A stretch of 64,000 nucleotides of DNA from Sedimentibacter sp. (GCF_038562225.1 NZ_JBCFAS010000007.1:63277-127276); one strand, 5' to 3'. Positions 9,681 through 19,801 are shown, counted from the stretch's first letter. Made by a program: numbers and translations. The notes: generated by a model not told the origin, from the sequence alone.

Positions 9681-10388
9681 ATGGATAGATGTACCTGCTG
9701 TGCAAGGCATGGAAGACTGTGCATTGACAACGTGCCCATATTCCACGATATGGATCCGGAAGAAAAGGAAAGCATAATGAACGCTTCAGTTCACAGGAAG
9801 TACAAAAAGGGAGAAAGCATTTTTATGGCAGGAGATTCTTTCGACAGCCTTTTTGTGGTGAACAGTGGTTCGGTGAAAATATACAAGATTTCAGCCATGG
9901 GCAGGGAACAGATACTGCGCATACTTGAACCCGGCGGGTTCATGGGTGAACTTTCCATGTTTTCCAACACGGTCATGAATAACAATGCAGAGGCGCTTGA
10001 GAATTCGGAAATCTGCATAATTAACGGCAGGACGGTAAAGGAGCTGTTGCTTAGGAAACCTGAAATGGCAATCAAGTTTCTGCAGTCCTACACCAGAAGA
10101 ATAGAAGAATCTGAAGAGCTTATTGAACAGATAGGGCTCAGGGATGTGGAACAGCGAATAGCCAATTACCTGCTGCTTGAAATTGATAAAAATCCTGATG
10201 CTGACAAGAACAAGGAAATCACTTTGACGCTGCCTGTCAGCAAAAAAGATCTGGCATCCCTCATAGGAACTTCTCAGGAAACCCTCAGCCGAAAGCTGTC
10301 TGTTTTTCAGGAAGAGGGTATCATACGGCTGAGCGGCCAGAGAAAAATTATCGTATTGGATGCAGATGCTCTGAAGCTTATGAAATGA
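9681..10388 (+). CDS. Crp/Fnr family transcriptional regulator with Cys-rich N-terminus
   Basis: ATG 9681 after AGGAGGT; CTCC-x6-C; cNMP-type beta domain; HTH LASLIGTSQETLSRKL. Confidence 0.92.
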   Translation: MDRCTCCARHGRLCIDNVPIFHDMDPEEKESIMNASVHRKYKKGESIFMAGDSFDSLFVVNSGSVKIYKISAMGREQILRILEPGGFMGELSMFSNTVMNNNAEALENSEICIINGRTVKELLLRKPEMAIKFLQSYTRRIEESEELIEQIGLRDVEQRIANYLLLEIDKNPDADKNKEITLTLPVSKKDLASLIGTSQETLSRKLSVFQEEGIIRLSGQRKIIVLDADALKLMK

Positions 10389-10433
10389 AAAAGTTCTCCC
10401 TTAAAGGAGATTCATACTATTGATATACCCCGA

Positions 10434-10540
10434 TTGTCATCCTGAACGATAGTGAAGGATCCCATCTTTATTGAAAACATGAGATTCTTCGGCTACGCCT
10501 CAGAATGACAACGTCCATAAATATACTTTGTCATCAAACG
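10434..10540. repeat. REP/MITE-like palindromic intergenic repeat, copy 1
   Basis: TTGTCATCCTGA...TCAGAATGACAA terminal inverted repeats with internal GAAGGATC/GATTCTTC; related copy at 21626. Confidence 0.7.
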
Positions 10541-10567
10541 GAATCTCCTTTTGCAGGAGATTTCGTT

Positions 10568-11287
10568 TTATTGAGTTGCTTTTTCTTCCAGCTCGAAAAG
10601 CCTTGGGAACAGGATGTTGCTTTCAAGGTGTATGTGCTGAAAAACATCGGATTCAAGCTCTTCAAGCTTTTTATAGGTCATTTCATATGTTTCGCAGCCG
10701 TCTTCGGGGGCTGTGAAGTCATTTGTTATGGTTCTCAGCTCTTTCAGTATGTTTCCTGCTCCGGTGTGTTCGTCCTGAAGTTCGCGTATGACTCTGACCG
10801 CTTCCTTAAGGTCATGAGAACTGCCGGAAGTTTCAAATTTTTTGATTGCAGGATACTGCAGCTCTTCTTCCTTAGAAAGGTGCAGCTCCAACTCCATCTT
10901 AAGCGTGTGGAACAGCTTGTGAACTCTTGAAAGCTCCGGATGGCTTCCTCCGTGAACCCTTAGGATTGTGGTGGACAGCCTGCTGATTTTCGGAAGTTCA
11001 GACCACAGGTACGCGTGGTGCGTGTTTACGATGTGTTCCGTCAGGCTGCTCAGAGGTGCTGCCTGCCAGTTCTTTTCCGAATCCTGCTCATTGGCAAATG
11101 CTTCATACAAGCTGTTTAGTTTTCCCACAACTTCCACTTCATCAAGATGCTGTTCCTCTATGGCTTCAATCAGAGGACGTTCACCTCCGCAGCAAAAATC
11201 TATTCTGTATTCTTTGAACAAGTCTTTTGATTTCGGGAATTCCGTAGCGATGTTTCCTATTTTTTGTGTGCTGTTGAATTTATTCAT
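10568..11287 (-). CDS. ric: Iron-sulfur cluster repair di-iron protein (Ric/ScdA/YtfE)
   Basis: IDFCCGG N-terminal motif; hemerythrin-like HHAYL, HLSKEE, EH, HIHLESNILFP. Confidence 0.95.
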   Translation of the reverse strand: MNKFNSTQKIGNIATEFPKSKDLFKEYRIDFCCGGERPLIEAIEEQHLDEVEVVGKLNSLYEAFANEQDSEKNWQAAPLSSLTEHIVNTHHAYLWSELPKISRLSTTILRVHGGSHPELSRVHKLFHTLKMELELHLSKEEELQYPAIKKFETSGSSHDLKEAVRVIRELQDEHTGAGNILKELRTITNDFTAPEDGCETYEMTYKKLEELESDVFQHIHLESNILFPRLFELEEKATQ

Positions 11288-11346
11288 AATATCCTACTGT
11301 AATATTTAGATTATTATCCTGTTAGTTATTTCATATCCATACCCGA

Positions 11347-11388
11347 ATGATACAACATTTATACGTCAAATTCATTGATTCAAATCAA
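11347..11388 (-). promoter_or_regulatory. FNR-type box and -10 element upstream of ric
   Basis: TTGAT-TCAA-ATCAA 11375-11388; minus-strand TATCAT 11352-11347 places the box centre at about -41.5. Confidence 0.75.
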
Positions 11389-11560
11389 ATTTTCAATTTG
11401 CCCGAAAGAAATTCTTTTCTATTTGAAGTGATAACTAAATTATTTTTACTAAAAGTACGAGTTAATAAAATAATGAAAAATAATAGTTGCTAAAAATTCA
11501 AAAGAGATGTAATATAGAACGAAATAATAAAAAAATAATTACTAAACACAAGGAGAAATA

Positions 11561-13153
11561 ATGAGCAACAGTACTATAAGGGATATTAAGTTTGAAAATG
11601 AACCTGTTCTGAACTATCTTGCAGGCAGCTGGGAAAGGGCAGAACTTGAAAAGGAGCTGTCAAGAATAAAGAATGAATTCCTGGATATTCCCGTCATAGT
11701 TGGAGGTAAGGAGATTAAGACAGGAAATATCGGTAAATGTGCTCTTCCTCACAATCACAGCCTTGTGATAGGCCAGTATCACAAAGCAGGAAGAAAAGAA
11801 GCAGAACTAGCAGTAGAGGAAGCATTGAAGGCAAAAAAAACATGGGAAGGAATGAAGCTTGAGCAGAGGGTTGCAATTTTTCTTAAGGCTGCTGAACTTG
11901 CATCCGGACCATGGAGAGCAAGACTTAATGCTGCAACAATGCTGACACAGAGCAAGACGTATAAACAGGCTGAAATTGATTCTGCATGCGAGCTTGTAGA
12001 TTTTTTAAGATTTAACGCATACTGTTTGGTAGAACTCAGCGGGGAGCAGCCCATATCAGTAAAAGGAATATGGAACAGGACTGAGTACAGGCCGTTGGAG
12101 GGATTCGTGTTTGCAGTATCGCCTTTCAACTTCACATCAATAGCGAGCAATCTTCCAGGAGCTCCTGCAATTGCAGGAAACACAGTTGTGTGGAAGCCTG
12201 CATCAAACACTGTATATTCATCATACGTTGTGTTCAAATTGTTCCAGGAAGCCGGGCTTCCTGATGGAGTCATCAATTTCATTCCCGGTGACTCAGGAGA
12301 TATAAGTGATGCAGTGCTATTAAACGAGCATCTGTGCGGTTTGCACTTCACCGGTTCCACGAAAGTGTTTCAGGATATGTGGACAAAAATCGGTACCGGC
12401 ATAGCATCGTACAGGACATTTCCAAGAATAGTAGGAGAGACGGGGGGCAAGAACTATGTAATAGCTCATCCTTCCGCCGACAGAAGTCTGCTTATACAGG
12501 GGCTTGTGGACGGTGCATTCGAGTTTCAGGGGCAAAAATGTTCTGCAGCGTCAAGGGTATACATTTCCAGAACAGTATGGACTGATATTAAGGAGGAATT
12601 TCTGTATAAGACAGCGAAATTGAAAGTTGGAGATGTCGAGGAAGTTGATACTTTCATGGGTGCGGTAATCGATAGGAAATCATATGAAACGATAAAATCA
12701 TACATATATTATGCTAAAAATTCTCATGATGCTGAAATAATAGCAGGAGGACAGTGCGAAGACAGCAGGGGATACTTTGTACAGCCCACTGTTATTCTCA
12801 CGGACAACCCACGCTTCAAGACCATGGAAGAAGAAATATTCGGACCGGTTTTAACAATATATGTTTATAATGATGAAGATTATGAGGAAATTTTAAGACT
12901 TTGCGACAGAACATCGATTTACGGTCTAACCGGAGCTGTGTTTGCAAAAGAAAGGCAGGCAATCGAAGAGGCGGAAAAGACCCTGATTCACTCAGCCGGA
13001 AACTTCTATATCAATGTAAGACCCACAGGTGCTGTTGTTGGACAGCAGCCCTTTGGAGGTTCAAGAAAATCAGGAACAAATGACAAGGCGGGCTCAAAGT
13101 TTAATCTCATTCGCTGGCTGAGCCCAAGAGTAATAAAGGAATATCTTGCTTAA
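11561..13153 (+). CDS. pruA: L-glutamate gamma-semialdehyde (P5C) dehydrogenase
   Basis: NEPVLNY, SPFNFT, FTGST, ETGGKN, FQGQKCSA, EEIFGPV, GQQPFGGSRKSGTNDKAG. Confidence 0.93.
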   Translation: MSNSTIRDIKFENEPVLNYLAGSWERAELEKELSRIKNEFLDIPVIVGGKEIKTGNIGKCALPHNHSLVIGQYHKAGRKEAELAVEEALKAKKTWEGMKLEQRVAIFLKAAELASGPWRARLNAATMLTQSKTYKQAEIDSACELVDFLRFNAYCLVELSGEQPISVKGIWNRTEYRPLEGFVFAVSPFNFTSIASNLPGAPAIAGNTVVWKPASNTVYSSYVVFKLFQEAGLPDGVINFIPGDSGDISDAVLLNEHLCGLHFTGSTKVFQDMWTKIGTGIASYRTFPRIVGETGGKNYVIAHPSADRSLLIQGLVDGAFEFQGQKCSAASRVYISRTVWTDIKEEFLYKTAKLKVGDVEEVDTFMGAVIDRKSYETIKSYIYYAKNSHDAEIIAGGQCEDSRGYFVQPTVILTDNPRFKTMEEEIFGPVLTIYVYNDEDYEEILRLCDRTSIYGLTGAVFAKERQAIEEAEKTLIHSAGNFYINVRPTGAVVGQQPFGGSRKSGTNDKAGSKFNLIRWLSPRVIKEYLA

Positions 13154-13246
13154 TGCAATACAATCCGTAATTCTTACCCTTTTGTAATATTCGCTTAATG
13201 TTTCCGTGGTATAATTTAAGTAACACAGAAATAAAGGGGTAATCAA

Positions 13247-15334
13247 ATGAAGAAAAGAAACATGCATAAGTACATATTCGCGTCGCTGCTGGTGACGGCA
13301 ACGGTTGCTTTGAATCCGATTCCCAGGGTTTACGCCGATACGCCCATAAAGCTGGTTATAGACGGACAAAAGGTAGAATCGGATACTGACCCGTTCATTA
13401 AGGACGGGAGGACGCTGGTTCCCATCAGGGTTGTTGCCGAAAATCTAAAGGCCGAAGTAACATGGGACAATGAAAACAGAACAGTACATATTTCCAAGGA
13501 CGGCAAAGAAATTGAGCTTCGCATAGACAGCCACCTGGTGGAATTCTCTCAGGGCGGCGAAGAATCCTACAGCGTGCTGGATGTTGCTCCAATCATAAAG
13601 GACGACAGAACCTTTGTGCCCATCAGGCTGGTGAGCAACGCCCTTGGGGCAGGAATTGAATGGAACAACGACGAGAGAGCCGTATATGTGGATTCTTCGG
13701 TTCCTGCGGAAATTATTCCGTTTTTTGATGTTGAAATATCATCGGTAGAGCCCGGACAGCTGGTTGAAGGAACCACGTATCTAAATACATTGATTCCTGA
13801 TGCGCCGCCAAAAGGAGCATCTGAAATCAGATACCTGCTTTTAAGCCGCGAAACTTCCAGAGGCTTTATTGTTGCAAAGGGAACGGATTTTAATGTTTCC
13901 TACAAGTGGATGCCTTCCATGGAAGACAACGGAGACAAGGTTCTTGTGGCAGCGTTCTACGACGCCGGCGGTAATTTTCTGGCAGGACATGCAGTACCTG
14001 TGACTGTCAGCATAAATCCCCAGATCACACTAACCGGTCTCACTGAAGGAGAGACCATAACTGCAAACAGTGTGCCGCTGGCAACAGAAATGAATTTTTC
14101 CGCTGCATACGTAAAATATGAAATAATAAACCCCGACACAAACGCCTACTACATATCTCCGGGACTTGATCCCATCGGCGGCTTTACCATGGTACCGGTT
14201 ATGGAAGATAACGGCAACATGTCAGTGAGGGTAATAGCCTACGATACTGCAGGCAATGAATACAAGAGCGAATACGTGAACGTGAAGGTTAATGTGGCCA
14301 GAAAAATCAATTTAGGCGGAGTAGTACAGGGACAGACAATCGATGGTTCCGTCACTCTGAGCACATCGAGAAACTTCAACGTGTCTGAAACGGAATATGT
14401 GTCGGTAGATCCTGCAACAGGCGCAGAAACAGTTTTGTACAAGGCAGGCTACGGAAGCTACAGCTGGTTCCCGGGACCTGACATGGCAGGGAACAGGCAG
14501 ATTTACGTTAGAGTAAAGGATACGGCAGGAAACAGATATGCCAGCGGTCTTGTGACGGTATTTGTTAAGGGAACACCGAGAGTTCTGCTGCAGGGAGTTG
14601 GACCGGGACAGGTGGTTTCAGGAACACTATCTCTCAACGTGAAAAGCAACGTGACACCGGACAGCATCAAGTACGTATTGACCAACAACAAAACCGGAGC
14701 CTCAAGGGTTCTGGATCAGTCATCGTACACACCGGCTGCAGGTGATGACGGCAGCTACAGCATAAGAGCCGAAGGAACCTACAAGGGAAACACGTTAAAA
14801 ACCGAAGATGTGACATTTACAGTGTACATGGGCACCCTCTACACAGCGAAGCCCATAGTTGAAAAAAGCAGCTTCATGGAGTTCGCTTCCAAACTTGCCC
14901 AGGAAACAAAAGAAACAACAGGAATGTCTGCTGCGCTTCAAACTGCGCAGGCCATACTGGAGACAGGCTGGGGACAAAGCGTTCCGGTTGACAAGTATGA
15001 CGGTCAGTTTTCCAACAACCTGTTTGGAATCAAGGGCTCAGGCTCAGCGGGTTCCGTAACCTCCAACACGTGGGAGGAGTACAACGGGGTGGCGTTTAGA
15101 ATAGATGCCGAGTTCAGGGCTTACAAGAATGCCAGCGAGTCATGGGCAGACCACAACGATCTGCTGCTGACAAAAAGCAGGTATGCTCCCTTCAGGGAAG
15201 TGATGTTTGACAGCACACAGGGCGCATGGGCGCTGCGAAGGTGCGGATATGCCACGGATTCACAGTATTCGGTCAAACTCATCAACATCATCAACCTGTA
15301 CAACCTTAAAAAGTTTGATGAGACAACAATCTAA
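13247..15334 (+). CDS. Secreted cell-wall hydrolase: copper-amine-oxidase N-terminal (stalk) domain, repeated beta modules, C-terminal GH73 glucosaminidase
   Basis: Signal peptide; GRTLVPIR/DRTFVPIR; AQAILETGWG, NNLFGIKG, FRAY, GYATD. Confidence 0.88.
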   Translation: MKKRNMHKYIFASLLVTATVALNPIPRVYADTPIKLVIDGQKVESDTDPFIKDGRTLVPIRVVAENLKAEVTWDNENRTVHISKDGKEIELRIDSHLVEFSQGGEESYSVLDVAPIIKDDRTFVPIRLVSNALGAGIEWNNDERAVYVDSSVPAEIIPFFDVEISSVEPGQLVEGTTYLNTLIPDAPPKGASEIRYLLLSRETSRGFIVAKGTDFNVSYKWMPSMEDNGDKVLVAAFYDAGGNFLAGHAVPVTVSINPQITLTGLTEGETITANSVPLATEMNFSAAYVKYEIINPDTNAYYISPGLDPIGGFTMVPVMEDNGNMSVRVIAYDTAGNEYKSEYVNVKVNVARKINLGGVVQGQTIDGSVTLSTSRNFNVSETEYVSVDPATGAETVLYKAGYGSYSWFPGPDMAGNRQIYVRVKDTAGNRYASGLVTVFVKGTPRVLLQGVGPGQVVSGTLSLNVKSNVTPDSIKYVLTNNKTGASRVLDQSSYTPAAGDDGSYSIRAEGTYKGNTLKTEDVTFTVYMGTLYTAKPIVEKSSFMEFASKLAQETKETTGMSAALQTAQAILETGWGQSVPVDKYDGQFSNNLFGIKGSGSAGSVTSNTWEEYNGVAFRIDAEFRAYKNASESWADHNDLLLTKSRYAPFREVMFDSTQGAWALRRCGYATDSQYSVKLINIINLYNLKKFDETTI

Positions 15335-15340
15335 ATATAT

Positions 15341-15371
15341 AGGTGTATGATAACTTCATACGCCTTTTTTT
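15341..15371 (+). terminator. Intrinsic terminator
   Basis: AGGTGTATGA/TCATACGCCT stem then T-run. Confidence 0.7.
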
Positions 15372-15416
15372 GTACCATTATATGGAACTGCCGGTCCGCC
15401 ATGCGGAACGGCCTGA

Positions 15417-15445
15417 TTGAATTGTTGAAGGATTTACAGTATAAT
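15417..15445 (+). promoter_or_regulatory. Sigma-A promoter of the aor operon
   Basis: TTGAAT-17-TATAAT. Confidence 0.65.
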
Positions 15446-15479
15446 TGATAAAATGATTATGCAAAGGAGGTTTTACCAT

Positions 15480-17327
15480 ATGTACGGCTATTGGAAAACG
15501 ATTCTGAGAATTAATTTGACAAACCACACGTACAGTACAGAAACTCTGGATGAGAAATACATAAAACTGCTGCTGGGAGGAGCCGCACTGGGAGCTAAAA
15601 TACTGCTGGATGAAGTTGAGCCGAAAATAGATCCCCTGTCTCCGGAAAACAAGATAATTTTTTCTCTTGGCTTTATGCAGTCCGTTAACTTTCCCGGCAA
15701 TGCAAAATGGACTGTTGTGACTAAGGGACCGCTGACCGGTTCTTTTCTTGATTCTGCAGGTACAGGAGCATGGGCTCCGCAGATGAAGAAGGCAGGCTAT
15801 GACGTCTTGATCATTGAGGGTAAATCCGAAAAACCGGTATATGTTTTCATCAATGACGACAAGGTTGAATTCAGGGATGCATCTTCCATATGGGGAAAAG
15901 ATACGGTGGAAACTTCCCTGATGATAAAGGAGGAGTTGGGTGATAGGCGAATCAACGCCATAAACATCGGACCTGCCGGAGAAAAAATGAATCCCATAGC
16001 ATGCATAAGCTGCGACGGACATTCTTTTGCAGGCAGAGGCGGAGCAGGAGCCATAATGGGTTCCAAAAATTTAAAGGCTGTAGCAGTGTGGGGCACAAAA
16101 CAGGTTCCAGTTGCTGATTTGGAGGAAGCTCAGAAATTAGCCAAAGATCTTTTTGTAAGACTTCATGAAACAGCAAAAGGAGGAGGCGGCACTCCTGATG
16201 TAATGGTTCCCCTGGAGGAGCTTGGAGATGTTCCGATTAAATACTGGCGTGGAGACGTCTGGCATCATGGAGCAAAAATGATAGGAACACCCAGGTACAC
16301 AGAGCTTTTAAACGTGAAACCTCTGCCGTGTCAGAACTGTCCTGTAGGATGCCACAGACACATAAACCTGAAGCTAAAGGACGGAAGCATACTGGATGGA
16401 AATGGACCGGAGTATGAAACCCTTGGAATGTTAGGTTCATCTCTTTTGCTGGACGACCTGGAAGCCATAGCCGTTGCAAATGACAGGGCAAACAGAAGCG
16501 GAATTGATACGGTATCTCTGGGTGCGTACATAGGTTTCATTATAGAATGTTATGAAGCAGGTTTTCTTAGCGCTGAAGAAATAGGAATGGTTCCCAGATG
16601 GAACGATGAAGAGACGCTGTTGTATCTTGAAGATAAGTTGGCAAATCTTCAGGGAATCGGAAGTATGTTTAAAAAGGGAATAAGGGGAGCGGTGGAAACA
16701 ATTGGTCAGGAATCTGCCGGTATAGCTGTTGAAGTAAAAAATCTTGATTTACCTGCCCATGATCCAAGGGCTGTATATGGACTTGCAGTAAATTATGCAA
16801 CAAGCCCCAGGGGGGCCTGCCATGAACGCGGAAATCCTCAGGCCAGCGCCTTGGGATTGTTCTATCCTGATTGTGAAATGGATTCTCCCCCTGAAAGGTT
16901 TGACGAAAGCACTGCAGGTTACTGCGCATATATCTATCAAAACACAAGCATGCTTTACAACAACCTGACCATGTGCAAATTCATGGTAAATAACGGCGGG
17001 CTTACAGTAACCGAAATAGGCAGGGAGCTGAAGGCAGCCACAGGGCTGGAATATTCGAACATGGAGCTTCTTAGGACTTCGGAAAGAGGTATTGCGTTAC
17101 AGAGGCTTGTTAATGTCAGAGACGGAATGAACCGCAAGGATGATACGCTTCCGCCAAAAATGCTTCAGGCTGCAGTTATCGGAGGAAGGGCCGGAAAAAG
17201 TCCTGCAGGCTTCAGCAAGATGCTTGATGACTATTACAGGCTCAGAGGCTGGGATGAAAACGGAATACCAACAGCAAAGGCTCTTCAGGAGCTGGGGCTG
17301 GAAGAATATATTTCAATGCTGCCTTAG
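15480..17327 (+). CDS. aor: Aldehyde:ferredoxin oxidoreductase family (tungstopterin, 4Fe-4S)
   Basis: ATG 15480 after AAGGAGG; KGPLTG, IGPAGE, AGRGGAGAIMGSKNLKA, CQNCPVGC, GPEYET, GIDTVS, PRGACH, YYRLRGWD. Confidence 0.93.
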   Translation: MYGYWKTILRINLTNHTYSTETLDEKYIKLLLGGAALGAKILLDEVEPKIDPLSPENKIIFSLGFMQSVNFPGNAKWTVVTKGPLTGSFLDSAGTGAWAPQMKKAGYDVLIIEGKSEKPVYVFINDDKVEFRDASSIWGKDTVETSLMIKEELGDRRINAINIGPAGEKMNPIACISCDGHSFAGRGGAGAIMGSKNLKAVAVWGTKQVPVADLEEAQKLAKDLFVRLHETAKGGGGTPDVMVPLEELGDVPIKYWRGDVWHHGAKMIGTPRYTELLNVKPLPCQNCPVGCHRHINLKLKDGSILDGNGPEYETLGMLGSSLLLDDLEAIAVANDRANRSGIDTVSLGAYIGFIIECYEAGFLSAEEIGMVPRWNDEETLLYLEDKLANLQGIGSMFKKGIRGAVETIGQESAGIAVEVKNLDLPAHDPRAVYGLAVNYATSPRGACHERGNPQASALGLFYPDCEMDSPPERFDESTAGYCAYIYQNTSMLYNNLTMCKFMVNNGGLTVTEIGRELKAATGLEYSNMELLRTSERGIALQRLVNVRDGMNRKDDTLPPKMLQAAVIGGRAGKSPAGFSKMLDDYYRLRGWDENGIPTAKALQELGLEEYISMLP

Positions 17328-17346
17328 CTGCATAAAGGGGTGGATT

Positions 17347-17583
17347 ATGGTAAAGGTAAAGTTTTTCGGTGTCCTGACCAACATGATGCCGGAAAAAAAT
17401 GAAGAAGGATTTTGGATAACAGACGGAAAGGGAAAAACCATCAGAGAACTGCTTGATTCATCGCCTCTTCGGGAAACGAGCGTAAGATACACGGTATATG
17501 TGAACAATGAAAGGCGGGACACCTCTTACATACTTGAGGACAGCGACACTCTGACTGTTCTTCCGCTTTTGGCCGGTGGTTAA
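17347..17583 (+). CDS. MoaD/ThiS family sulfur carrier
   Basis: MVKVKFFG...VYVN...PLLAGG C-terminal diglycine; follows aor; the track's 17140 start overlaps aor. Confidence 0.9.
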   Translation: MVKVKFFGVLTNMMPEKNEEGFWITDGKGKTIRELLDSSPLRETSVRYTVYVNNERRDTSYILEDSDTLTVLPLLAGG

Positions 17584-17627
17584 TATCTGATAATCAATAT
17601 GGATTAATAATATAAGGAGGAAGTATT

Positions 17628-18788
17628 ATGTTAAAAGCAAACGTTGGCTCATACACATCATCAAATGCCTTTGAGGCAGGAAAAACGGCAGGAGTGAAAG
17701 CAACAGAGGGACTGGGAAAACCAAAGGTCGCTTTTATGTACAGCAGTGTGAACTATGATCAGGATGAACTGATTAAAGGTGCAAAGGAAGCTATGAACGG
17801 AGTGCCTATAATTGGAAACACATCATTCACAGGAATAATAACACCTGAAGGATTTATTACAGGCGATTGTTTTGTTGGAATTATGGCCATGGATGATGAC
17901 ATGACAGTAGGTGTGGCAGGCGTTCCCAAAATGAACGATGCAGTAAGCACAGGCTCTGAAGCAGCCAGAAGAGCCCTTGAAAATGCAGGCAGGACAGATT
18001 CTCCAGATTATTTTTACATGGTTGCTCCTCCCGGAGAAGAGGAATTTTATCTGAAAGGCATTACCGGAGTTATCGGAAGAGTTCCTTTCTTTGGAGGAAG
18101 CGCAGCTGATAACTCCATATCAGGAGAATGGAAACTTTTCACAGACACCGGTTCATTTGCAGACGGTGTTGCGGTTGCATTCTTCTATACAGGCAAGACG
18201 TTCGCCAATAAGTTTACGGGTGCTTACAGGGAAACTGCAAAAGCAGGGGTAGTGACAAAAGTTATAGGCAACAGAGTATTGGCTGAAATAGACGGCGTGC
18301 CGGCTCTGGAAAAGTATGCCCAGTGGAGCGGCAAAGATGTAAAAGACCTGCAGGGCATGAATCTGCTGGGAGCATCAATCTGTGCTCCCATAGGAGTCAA
18401 GGACCGCCTGGGCGACCTTGTAGCCATAAGGCACCCAATGAACGGAAATGAAGACAACACCATGAATCTTGGAAACAACGTTGCTGTTAACACTGCCGTA
18501 ATTTATATGGAAGGTTCAGCGGATGAGCTTATTGCATCCACCGGAAAGACATTAAACGAGCTCAAGGAAAAACTTGGAACAGATGCAGGAGCCTATCACC
18601 TGGTTCACTGCGGCGGCAGGAGAGCAGGAATAGACAACAGAATAGATGAAGCTGTAAAGGAAATCAAAGAAGCAGCTGGAAATGTGCCATTTATTGCAGA
18701 ATTTACATTCGGTGAATACGGGTACGAACAGGACGGCATAAATACATGCGGAGGACTTATGTTGTCCTTTACGGGATTTTCAAAATAA
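17628..18788 (+). CDS. Stand-alone FIST-domain protein (FIST_N + FIST_C)
   Basis: PIIGNTS, PFFGGSAAD, EIDGVPA, HCGGR, FTFGEYG motifs. Confidence 0.85.
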   Translation: MLKANVGSYTSSNAFEAGKTAGVKATEGLGKPKVAFMYSSVNYDQDELIKGAKEAMNGVPIIGNTSFTGIITPEGFITGDCFVGIMAMDDDMTVGVAGVPKMNDAVSTGSEAARRALENAGRTDSPDYFYMVAPPGEEEFYLKGITGVIGRVPFFGGSAADNSISGEWKLFTDTGSFADGVAVAFFYTGKTFANKFTGAYRETAKAGVVTKVIGNRVLAEIDGVPALEKYAQWSGKDVKDLQGMNLLGASICAPIGVKDRLGDLVAIRHPMNGNEDNTMNLGNNVAVNTAVIYMEGSADELIASTGKTLNELKEKLGTDAGAYHLVHCGGRRAGIDNRIDEAVKEIKEAAGNVPFIAEFTFGEYGYEQDGINTCGGLMLSFTGFSK

Positions 18789-18793
18789 GACTA

Positions 18794-18828
18794 ATGGCTG
18801 TTGCACATATATGCAGCAGCCATGTTTT
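18794..18828. terminator. Terminator between convergent FIST and IclR genes
   Basis: ATGGCTGTTGCA/TGCAGCAGCCAT stem, T-run. Confidence 0.65.
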
Positions 18829-19600
18829 AATTTTTGTAACCCAGTCTTCTGGATATTTCGATTGCAATGACAACTATGTAGCCGGCTATGTCATTTATTT
18901 TTTCATCCGGCAGCTGCTCCAGGTTGCCGCTGCCGCTGACAGCAGCAATAACTTCTCCTCTGTAGTCGTAAATGGGAGCAGCGATGCAGCGTTGTCCAAC
19001 AATTTGTTCCTGATCATCCATTGCCCATTTCTGAATTCTGATATTCCGAAGCTCTTTCTTCAATTCTTTCAAGTCACAAATGGTATTTTCGGTATACCGT
19101 TCAAATTTGCACTGCTCCATAATGTCCTCAAGCTCTGTTTCAGACAGCGAAGACAGCAAACATTTTCCGAGTGATGAACAATAGGCAGGCACCCGGTAGC
19201 CGATTTGCGTGTACAGTCTCATATTGGTGAATGTCTCCAGCTTTTCGATGTAAATGACATTTTCTCCATCAAGCACTCCCAGGTGCGAGGTGAGGTTATA
19301 TTTTGCTGACAGTTCCATCAGGTAGGGGCGTGCTTCTGTTTGGAGTTCCAGTTCATTAATATGACAGCCGACTATTTCTATGAGCTTCAATCCCAGCTTG
19401 TATTCCCCGTTCTTGTTTTTCTCCACATAATTTCTTGCGTGCAGGGAAGATAAAATCCTGTGTACAGTCGTTTTGTGCAGGTTGGTTTTTTTTGATATTT
19501 CTGTTACGCCTATGCCCTTTTGTTCTGTTGACAGTAATTCGATTATGTCCAGCGTTCTGTCGATCACCTGTATATTGCTGTTCTTATCTTCCATAGCCAT
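18827..19600 (-). CDS. IclR family transcriptional regulator
   Basis: N-terminal HTH LHKTTVHRIL; PAYCSSLGK; CIAAPI. Confidence 0.93.
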   Translation of the reverse strand: MAMEDKNSNIQVIDRTLDIIELLSTEQKGIGVTEISKKTNLHKTTVHRILSSLHARNYVEKNKNGEYKLGLKLIEIVGCHINELELQTEARPYLMELSAKYNLTSHLGVLDGENVIYIEKLETFTNMRLYTQIGYRVPAYCSSLGKCLLSSLSETELEDIMEQCKFERYTENTICDLKELKKELRNIRIQKWAMDDQEQIVGQRCIAAPIYDYRGEVIAAVSGSGNLEQLPDEKINDIAGYIVVIAIEISRRLGYKN

Positions 19601-19655
19601 ACGTTCTCCTTTGGAATAAGCTGTTGAATGAATTTTTTATCAATATGCTGATTAT

Positions 19656-19684
19656 ATTTTACTATCATAAAATGCATTAGTCAA
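19656..19684 (-). promoter_or_regulatory. Sigma-A promoter of the IclR gene
   Basis: Minus strand TTGACT-17-TAAAAT. Confidence 0.6.
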
Positions 19685-19801
19685 TACAATGGAATGTTTG
19701 GCTTCGGGCAGGAATTTCGGATTGTCAAATTTGGTTGTTTATTATTGTTAAAGCTGTATAATTAGGGTATAATAGTTTAAGAAACAATAAAAGGAGCAAT
19801 T

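Noticed and set aside
17140-17346. N-terminal extension of the MoaD-like ORF in the track
   Set aside because: Overlaps aor out of frame; the domain starts at ATG 17347
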